64,000 bases of DNA, taken from positions 34,353-98,352 of IMG/VR virus record IMGVR_UViG_3300016478_000246; one strand, 5' to 3'. The notes beneath the pieces are model-generated. The model saw only the letters and a list, made by a program, of their open reading frames with translations, was not told where the DNA came from and ran no database searches. Below, piece by piece: positions 58,330 through 64,000 of the stretch (positions are counted from its first letter, which is position 1; each line of letters starts with the position of its first letter). The stretch is from a virus. The translations under genes were made by a program, and so were the position numbers.

Positions 58330-58360
58330 GTTGTAGATATATCGGTGTTATCGGCAAGTT
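58330..58360. repeat. attC-like cassette-end repeat, copy 2
   Basis: Shares exact atatatcggtgttat with 56447-56461. Abuts the stop codon of the 58359 gene. Confidence 0.6.
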
Positions 58361-58745
58361 AACGAGAGAATATCGCAGTGTTATTTTTAAAATCCAAATC
58401 GCCATCGAACACAAAAGTTTCTGAATTATCCCATTCAACTTCTTCTAAGTATTTTACTACTTCTTCATTTATTAAAATTTGGTCAGGTGTAATTTGTAAA
58501 TATACTTTTGTTCTATTGCATAATTCACCAGATTTTTCTTCATTATATTCAAAAGAATTTTGATAAAGCAAATATAGCCCGTAAGATATTTCATTAATAA
58601 TTTTACAGAGTTCCTCTTTGTTCTCTGTTACTCTATCATTCCACTTTCTTGCGTTTTTAATTGTTTCCAATACACCATAAAAACAATTGTAAAAATCATT
58701 ATCACCAAATTTGATTGCTATTTTCATATTGCTTAAAATAAACAC
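58359..58745 (-). CDS. Hypothetical protein (cassette-like)
   Basis: About 122-128 aa, acidic, bounded by cassette-like sites. Confidence 0.6.
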   Translation of the reverse strand: MFILSNMKIAIKFGDNDFYNCFYGVLETIKNARKWNDRVTENKEELCKIINEISYGLYLLYQNSFEYNEEKSGELCNRTKVYLQITPDQILINEEVVKYLEEVEWDNSETFVFDGDLDFKNNTAIFSR

Positions 58746-58823
58746 ACCCTAATAATGTATATAGCAAATTGGGGGTGCATTCCAATACGCTACATTTGTG
58801 TAATTAATTTATATTTTAAATTT

Positions 58824-58920
58824 GTGGTCAAGGCGGGATTCGAACCCGCAACCATTTTCATGGTGAATTACCTCGATATTTCTATCTTCAATCGCTGTCT
58901 ACCAATTCCGCCACTTGACC
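58824..58920 (-). ncRNA. tRNA-like RNA lacking a canonical anticodon loop
   Basis: Acceptor GGTCAAG/CTTGACC, Leu/Ser-type D arm TGGCGGAATTGGTAGAC, perfect T arm GCGGG-TTCGAAT-CCCGC. The centre holds GATA-GAAA-TATC and ACCAT-GAAA-ATGGT hairpins. Confidence 0.7.
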
Positions 58921-58931
58921 GTTTTTATAGG

Positions 58932-59003
58932 TGGACGAAGAGAAACTCGACTTCTCTTACCAATTCCCGCTTCATGAGTTACCATTAGCGGTACACATCG
59001 CCC
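58932..59003 (-). ncRNA. Degenerate tRNA-like RNA 2
   Basis: Acceptor GGGCGA/TCGTCC, T-arm-like GAGAA-GTCGAGT-TTCTC, central CCGCT...AGCGG stem. Confidence 0.45.
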
Positions 59004-59008
59004 ATTTT

Positions 59009-59112
59009 GTAGTTTCGCCCCCTGTATAGATAGTTTATACTCTATCAGATGCTCAAGGTCAGCCTTGACTATTCAGGAATAATCAATTGATTATTAAGGG
59101 AGCCACCTCTAC
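59009..59112 (-). ncRNA. Multi-hairpin structured RNA candidate
   Basis: GTAG/CTAC and GCTCCC/GGGGGC closing stems. Internal AATAATC/GATTATT, TCAAGG/CCTTGA and GATAG/CTATC hairpins. Confidence 0.5.
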
Positions 59113-59116
59113 TTAG

Positions 59117-59194
59117 CGAGGATTATAGGATTTCAACCTACTACATGTCCAGACACCTGACTTGCATTGTAATGTCAGCTAGCTTCCAATCCCC
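59117..59194 (-). ncRNA. Degenerate tRNA-like RNA 3
   Basis: Acceptor GGGGATT/AATCCTC, T arm GTAGG-TTGAAAT-CCTAT, central CTGAC/GTCAG stem. Confidence 0.5.
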
Positions 59195-59205
59195 TTTATT
59201 TTTAA

Positions 59206-59409
59206 AAAACACTCACATCCAACTATGCAGGTTGGAGTAATGAATAGTTTAGTATTTACACCATATAATAATGGGATTATTTCTATTCATTGCATCTACC
59301 AAAACATTCAACCACTGCTATGGTTTAGTGTGACAATTAGTTTCTTCCTTGTCAATAGCTTACATCCAACTGACTTGGCACTTGATTTCGTTTCGATTGT
59401 GAGTGTTTT
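59206..59409. ncRNA. ~200-nt structured element closed by a 12-bp inverted repeat
   Basis: aaaacactcaca (59206-59217) pairs with tgtgagtgtttt (59398-59409), enclosing several hairpins. Confidence 0.5.
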
Positions 59410-59418
59410 AAATCATTT

Positions 59419-59922
59419 TTACTGTAAATCTAAATTAAAGTTTCTAATAACAGTACCTCTTGGCACTTTAAAAATCCATTGTACATCAGGGTATAATTTT
59501 AATCCTTTCGTAAAGAAGTTTGGATTTTTAGGTTCTCGTTCTACTCTCATTAAAATTGGCTTTCCATCCCATTCTTGTACCCTACACTTAGAAACATCTA
59601 ATTTAGAGTGTTTAAACCCATGACTATCCTTTGAGTAGAATACAAAGTATTGCTTCTCTTGAATTCGACCAGACCCTAATGCAAATTTACCATTCACTTG
59701 AGAGTCGTCTTGCAGATTATAAAGGTAGCAATGAGGATATTCATTGTCAATGTAATCTATAGAGCAACTAATTGACCTTTCTACGATTAGTCCTACTCCT
59801 ATTCCAATTACAACTCCGTAAATACCGCTTAAAATGATATCGAACGAACTTACATAATTTCTATACCCGATCACCAACCCTCCAATTAAGGAAATAATAA
59901 CAATTATTAAAGATATCCACAT
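59419..59922 (-). CDS. Membrane protein
   Basis: Two N-terminal TM helices, 'GKFALGSG' motif, C-terminal 'VPRGTV..NFNLDL'. Confidence 0.65.
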   Translation of the reverse strand: MWISLIIVIISLIGGLVIGYRNYVSSFDIILSGIYGVVIGIGVGLIVERSISCSIDYIDNEYPHCYLYNLQDDSQVNGKFALGSGRIQEKQYFVFYSKDSHGFKHSKLDVSKCRVQEWDGKPILMRVEREPKNPNFFTKGLKLYPDVQWIFKVPRGTVIRNFNLDLQ

Positions 59923-60016
59923 AACTATTTAGTTTTTAAAAGTTTTATCAATTTTCCATTTACTATGAGCGCTTTATAGCATCCAGGGCTGAACCTAACC
60001 AACCCTGGCTTAATTG

Positions 60017-60364
60017 CTACTCGGCTTTCAGCTCTTCGTATTGCCCTTTCAGGAATACTATGGTTTTACGATGAGCCTCAAGGCGGTCTTCGGCTTCAGT
60101 GAGGTTGTTTTGAGCCTCTACAAGACCAAGAACATATCTGTTGCGATCCGTAATTTCTTTGCCGTTATTAGCACGGGCGAGACGGAGCTTTTCTTTGGCA
60201 GATTCAACATCTTCTTCTTTTGAGATAAGGTCGCCTTCTGCTCCGGCAATTGCTACTTTAAGGGCTGCTTCGCCTTGACGCCATACTTTTGCTGCTAAAG
60301 CTTCGGTATCATCACCTTTAATAATAGCCACAAATTCTCTCATAAATGCATTTAACTTGTTCAT
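60017..60364 (-). CDS. Coiled-coil hypothetical protein
   Basis: 115 aa, Ala/Glu/Leu/Lys-rich helical. Confidence 0.65.
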   Translation of the reverse strand: MNKLNAFMREFVAIIKGDDTEALAAKVWRQGEAALKVAIAGAEGDLISKEEDVESAKEKLRLARANNGKEITDRNRYVLGLVEAQNNLTEAEDRLEAHRKTIVFLKGQYEELKAE

Positions 60365-62220
60365 AATGTAATTGTTTTAATTGGATTAATAAATAATTTG
60401 TTTGTTTTGTTTGTTTTGATTGTAATAGTCAACTCAGGCACCTGCTGGTCTTCAAGAACAATAGGGTCTGCTTGGTTTGATTTGAGGATGATGGGCTTAT
60501 TTTCAAAAACAACACCCTCCCCGGGATCTGAAAACACAGCAGCTCTTTCTCCTCTGGCGAGCCACCGCCTTTCAAGCTCTTTATCCACTTCTTCTGGAGT
60601 GGCAAACCTTAGTTCTTCTTTTCTGAAGTAGAATATACCACCATCCTTGTCAGTTAAAGTTACTGCATATGGAGTAGCTCTTGACTTGTTAACTTGAAAG
60701 ATTGTGCTTGTTTGTGGCAGGGACAAGTTATTATATCGAGGTAAGCGCTCTACAACCACCCAATCATTAACCTCAAAGTCATCGTCATCGTAAGATCGTA
60801 TTAATTTAAAAGATTTTTCGTCTGCCATTCCATCCCAATATCCGGAATTAGCATTTGAAAACCCCAGGGTTCTGGTAGTTTTATAACCAGGGTTGTTGTT
60901 GTACTCTCCCAATTTAAGTATTGTTACCTGCTCACCAAGGCATTCTTCCCTATATCCCGATCCACTTTTAATGATTTCTACTATATCACCCACTTTAAAC
61001 TTATAGTTTAATGAATCTGATTTAGGATCATTAGGTTTTTCTTCAGGAAATAGTTTATAGACTTCTGTCATATCAGTTATTAACTCAGGGATGCCGTGCC
61101 TACTTATTGAAAGAACTCCATATTCACAATGTTTGTAGTTGTCATGGGGTGTTCCAGATATTGAGCACCAAAATTGATCTTTATTTAAGCTACTGAATTT
61201 AGCAATCCATTCGCCCATTTTATACCATTTACCAACAATATATTCAGGATGAGCTTTAATCTTATCAGGATGGTTATCAGGCAGATATTGTTGAATTTCT
61301 GATAAATCAGTTAATTCATACCAAGTTCCTTCATCCACATATCCAACACCTGTACTTCCTTCTGGGAATGATTCATATCTATCATCATGTGTAATAATAT
61401 CTGAATATACTATAGCATATTTAGAATTACGTACTTCTTTTTTAAGATATTTTATAGCATAATTATACCCTTCACATTTATACCACTTACCAACTTCAAA
61501 CTTAGGTTTATCAAATGATTCAGCAAATTCTTTAAATCCTTCAGCGCGAAGATAAACTTCATTAGTACCAGGTACTAAAAATCCTACAGTCCCATCAATT
61601 ACTTTGAAAGATTTAATTTTTCTATCATAAATAAAACCACTATTACACATGCGCCAGCCTAAATATTCATTTTCTTGATAGCGATTATCCCCGGCCAAAG
61701 CCCACTCATTGAGTATATTAAAAGGTAATTCATCTCCAACACTTAACCCATAAGTATTAATTTCTGGTTGTTTTGGTTCTTCAGTGATTATTTCAGCCCA
61801 TTCATTTTGGCCCCAAACTACTCCATAAACTTCAATGTCTCTTATAAGTTGCTTTTCATATAGCCATTGAAATTTACCGGAAGATATGTAGTTGAATTTA
61901 TTAAAAATAGATTTAAATACAGTTCCTACTGGATATTTCTCTTTAGCCTCTTTAATCAAATAATCAATTTGTAACTGTTTGATTACTTTGTTTAAGTCTT
62001 CAAGAGTTTCTGTTTCAGGAAATGCCCCTTTTGACTCATATCCAACAATACTTTGAATATAAGAATATTTATCTACTTTTAAATCCTGAAATATCTTTTC
62101 AACATCCCAGCCAGTTCCAGCTAAAAAATAATTTTTAGTTGCTGACGTCAACGAAACCTTAAAACAATAAAGCCCGATAGTTAATTCTTCATCTAATTCA
62201 TAATCCTTAAATTCAATCAT
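60361..62220 (-). CDS. Modular protein of repeated small 'F-x-V-G' domains
   Basis: YPVGTVF, LSVGDEL, FEVGKWYK, YIVGKWYK, FKVGDIV, FEVNDWV. Confidence 0.65.
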   Translation of the reverse strand: MIEFKDYELDEELTIGLYCFKVSLTSATKNYFLAGTGWDVEKIFQDLKVDKYSYIQSIVGYESKGAFPETETLEDLNKVIKQLQIDYLIKEAKEKYPVGTVFKSIFNKFNYISSGKFQWLYEKQLIRDIEVYGVVWGQNEWAEIITEEPKQPEINTYGLSVGDELPFNILNEWALAGDNRYQENEYLGWRMCNSGFIYDRKIKSFKVIDGTVGFLVPGTNEVYLRAEGFKEFAESFDKPKFEVGKWYKCEGYNYAIKYLKKEVRNSKYAIVYSDIITHDDRYESFPEGSTGVGYVDEGTWYELTDLSEIQQYLPDNHPDKIKAHPEYIVGKWYKMGEWIAKFSSLNKDQFWCSISGTPHDNYKHCEYGVLSISRHGIPELITDMTEVYKLFPEEKPNDPKSDSLNYKFKVGDIVEIIKSGSGYREECLGEQVTILKLGEYNNNPGYKTTRTLGFSNANSGYWDGMADEKSFKLIRSYDDDDFEVNDWVVVERLPRYNNLSLPQTSTIFQVNKSRATPYAVTLTDKDGGIFYFRKEELRFATPEEVDKELERRWLARGERAAVFSDPGEGVVFENKPIILKSNQADPIVLEDQQVPELTITIKTNKTNKLFINPIKTITL

Positions 62221-62503
62221 AATAAATCAGTTTTTGAATGGATTTAACACTAACAGAATCTATAATGCCCACAGACTCATTTAAGAGCTTTTCAAGGTTG
62301 TGCTTAACCTCGCCTTCGTTTTCAGCCTTAACCCTCATACTGAGACTATCTGCAAGGGCGTAATAAGTGCCATCCTCAACGTTGTAGCCATAAGTAGTAT
62401 ATTCCACCATGTAAGTGTCAAAACTCTCATAGAAAGCCATTGTGAACACAAACATGGTGGATAATACCAGTAGTAACAATCCAATAAAATCAAGGCTTTT
62501 CAT
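62213..62503 (-). CDS. Membrane-anchored hypothetical protein
   Basis: N-terminal hydrophobic helix. Confidence 0.55.
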   Translation of the reverse strand: MKSLDFIGLLLLVLSTMFVFTMAFYESFDTYMVEYTTYGYNVEDGTYYALADSLSMRVKAENEGEVKHNLEKLLNESVGIIDSVSVKSIQKLIYYD

Positions 62504-62636
62504 CTTCCTTGACTTTAGCGATTACCTTACCATTATAAAAGACTTTCTTGTCTTTGATTGTTATTTCTGCTGGGAACTGATTAGCATATTTATAAAGCTT
62601 CTCCAGAGATACACATACGATTTCTTTTCTTGCCAT
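62490..62636 (-). CDS. Small hypothetical protein (48 aa, not in ORF track)
   Basis: MARKEIVCVSLEKLYKYANQFPAEITIKDKKVFYNGKVIAKVKEDEKP, with an A-rich leader. Confidence 0.45.
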   Translation of the reverse strand: MARKEIVCVSLEKLYKYANQFPAEITIKDKKVFYNGKVIAKVKEDEKP

Positions 62637-62676
62637 AATGATTGTTGTTTTTGTTGTTAATAAAATTTGTTTGTTG

Positions 62677-62838
62677 TTAATTACGCTTTTGGTAAGAATA
62701 AATCTTTTCTTTAAACACAGGCTTCATCCATAAAGGATACTCAGCCATTTTGTCTTGAATTGACTTAACGGCATTAAGCCTTAACTTTTCAATCATCTCA
62801 TCTCTGTCAGAGCTGATTGTGAGTGTCATTTTAAACAT
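62677..62838 (-). CDS. Small hypothetical protein (53 aa, not in ORF track)
   Basis: MFKMTLTISSDRDEMIEKLRLNAV...YQKRN fills an intergenic gap. Confidence 0.45.
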   Translation of the reverse strand: MFKMTLTISSDRDEMIEKLRLNAVKSIQDKMAEYPLWMKPVFKEKIYSYQKRN

Positions 62839-62861
62839 GTTTTTGTGGGTTAATACTAAGT

Positions 62862-63497
62862 TTATAAATTTTCTTCAATCCATTTATCAAGTTGCTCATG
62901 AAATATTTTATTGAACTTATCATTAAAAACTATATTAGCATCTAATGATTTATGAAGTAATTCAATAACTTCTTCTCTACTCCAACTTTCTTTTATTTTA
63001 CGGATAGTTATTGTTCTTTCTCCTCCCCTACCTCGTTGAATTATTCCTTTTTCATTATACTCAACTTCAACTTTTTTAATAACATTACCCTTATTATACT
63101 CCTCAATCCATTTTTCAATGAATTGTTGAGGTATTTGAGGTAAATTTAATGAGGAATTAGTTGTTGCAGTGATTTTTTTACAATCAGACACTAAAACTTC
63201 TATAAATCTATTTGGTAACTCCAGAAAATCTTTATCTGAGGTGACTATTGTTTTGCTATTATTTGAACTGTCAAAATGATGAACTCTAAACACTTCCTTT
63301 CTACTTAAATGGTAAATCCAACAACCTTTTTCAATTTCTTCATCAGAAGTAATATAAAGATGTTGACATTCATGATAAACCGCTCCTTCATTAAAATAAT
63401 AAAGATGTGGTTTATTAAACATTGCTTGAGGATTTAATCCTATTTTACTTCTACCGTTTTTAGATGGCAACATATTTACTTGTTTTTTTAACCACAT
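62862..63497 (-). CDS. Conserved phage hypothetical protein
   Basis: 'QHLYITSDEEI', 'CKKITATT', 'LPQIPQQFIE', 'SWSREEV'. Confidence 0.65.
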   Translation of the reverse strand: MWLKKQVNMLPSKNGRSKIGLNPQAMFNKPHLYYFNEGAVYHECQHLYITSDEEIEKGCWIYHLSRKEVFRVHHFDSSNNSKTIVTSDKDFLELPNRFIEVLVSDCKKITATTNSSLNLPQIPQQFIEKWIEEYNKGNVIKKVEVEYNEKGIIQRGRGGERTITIRKIKESWSREEVIELLHKSLDANIVFNDKFNKIFHEQLDKWIEENL

Positions 63498-63499
63498 AA

Positions 63500-63691
63500 T
63501 TATATCCTTTCAACTGATTTAACAATGATATTTGTTCGGTAACCATTTTTATTGTCATTCAAAAATTCTTCGATTTTATATTCTAATTCTTTTGCAAGAA
63601 TATTATCTTCAAAAAATTTAATGGTTTCGTCAATATAAGGATTTCCTCCAGATGGTGATTTTTGAGCATATTGAAATTTTACTATAATCAT
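63500..63691 (-). CDS. Hypothetical protein
   Basis: 63-aa ORF ending 2 nt before the next start. Confidence 0.5.
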   Translation of the reverse strand: MIIVKFQYAQKSPSGGNPYIDETIKFFEDNILAKELEYKIEEFLNDNKNGYRTNIIVKSVERI

Positions 63692-64000
63692 AATGATTTG
63701 ATTTTAAAAATTAGTTTATTTATTAACACCGTTGTCACCACCTATTACGGTCAAGCTTAGCACTCATTTGTGTTGGGTAGGCTTCATTACTCTCTACCTA
63801 AATCAGAATTGATAGCTTGCTAAAGGCTACAACATATTCAGATTTACATCTGATATTCTTATTTATACTTGTGTCAATGTTTTCCAAGTGTCTTTTCGTT
63901 ATAATGTAATTCTCTATGACAGTTTGCACATAATAAAATACATTTATCTAATTCTTTTTTAAATTTATCGCTAAACTTAGCTTTTAAATTATAAAAAGAT

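Noticed and set aside
56440-58360. CRISPR array or DGR template/variable repeats
   Set aside because: Only two short copies 1.9 kb apart, no regular spacers and no reverse transcriptase in the window.
59009-59112. Hammerhead ribozyme (CTGATAGA...CGAAAC) or lysine riboswitch (GTAGAGGTG)
   Set aside because: The core deviates from CUGANGA and stems I-III cannot be built in the right order. It is too short and lacks the helices of a lysine riboswitch.
58824-59194. Canonical tRNA genes (Leu, or Met from CTCATGA)
   Set aside because: None has a proper 5-bp anticodon stem with a 7-nt loop, so they are reported as tRNA-like only.
59225-59623. 132-aa plus-strand ORF
   Set aside because: Antisense to the local gene flow, overlaps a membrane gene and the structured element, no motifs.
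1-64000. Stop-codon reassignment (TAG or TGA), known in some crAss-like phages
   Set aside because: Very long genes are intact under the standard code, coding density is high, TGA ends several genes in ATGA overlaps, and no suppressor tRNA is seen.

Overview
A 64-kb fragment of a crAss-like phage (Crassvirales-type podovirus), standard genetic code, with a Bacteroidota host inferred from TTTG-N20-TAnnTTTG promoters. Plus strand (1-29.2 kb) is the tail and ejected-cargo module: IHF-like protein, tail tubular protein, muzzle/stabilization protein, two cargo proteins, a 5069-aa virion RNA polymerase polyprotein (SF1 helicase + zincin + DFDVD polymerase) and a ~1530-aa zincin/PD-(D/E)XK cargo protein. 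A convergent terminator separates it from the minus-strand block (29.2-64 kb): nucleotide metabolism, lysis, recombination and replication genes (no DNA polymerase in the window), then small accessory genes. Highlights: (1) a 7-gene amide/peptide-ligase biosynthetic cluster (38.4-45.1 kb); (2) only two cysteines in ~7,900 aa of cargo proteins, sitting tail-to-head at the polymerase/next-protein junction, suggesting a disulfide-chained ejection train; (3) a mappable group I intron in the AAA ATPase gene with a LAGLIDADG ORF in the P1 loop and its own promoter; (4) an island of anticodon-less tRNA-like RNAs and other structured RNAs (58.8-59.4 kb); (5) attC-like sites bracketing two accessory genes; (6) a stand-alone DnaE C-terminal OB-fold protein. 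All calls come from reading motifs by eye; no searches were run.
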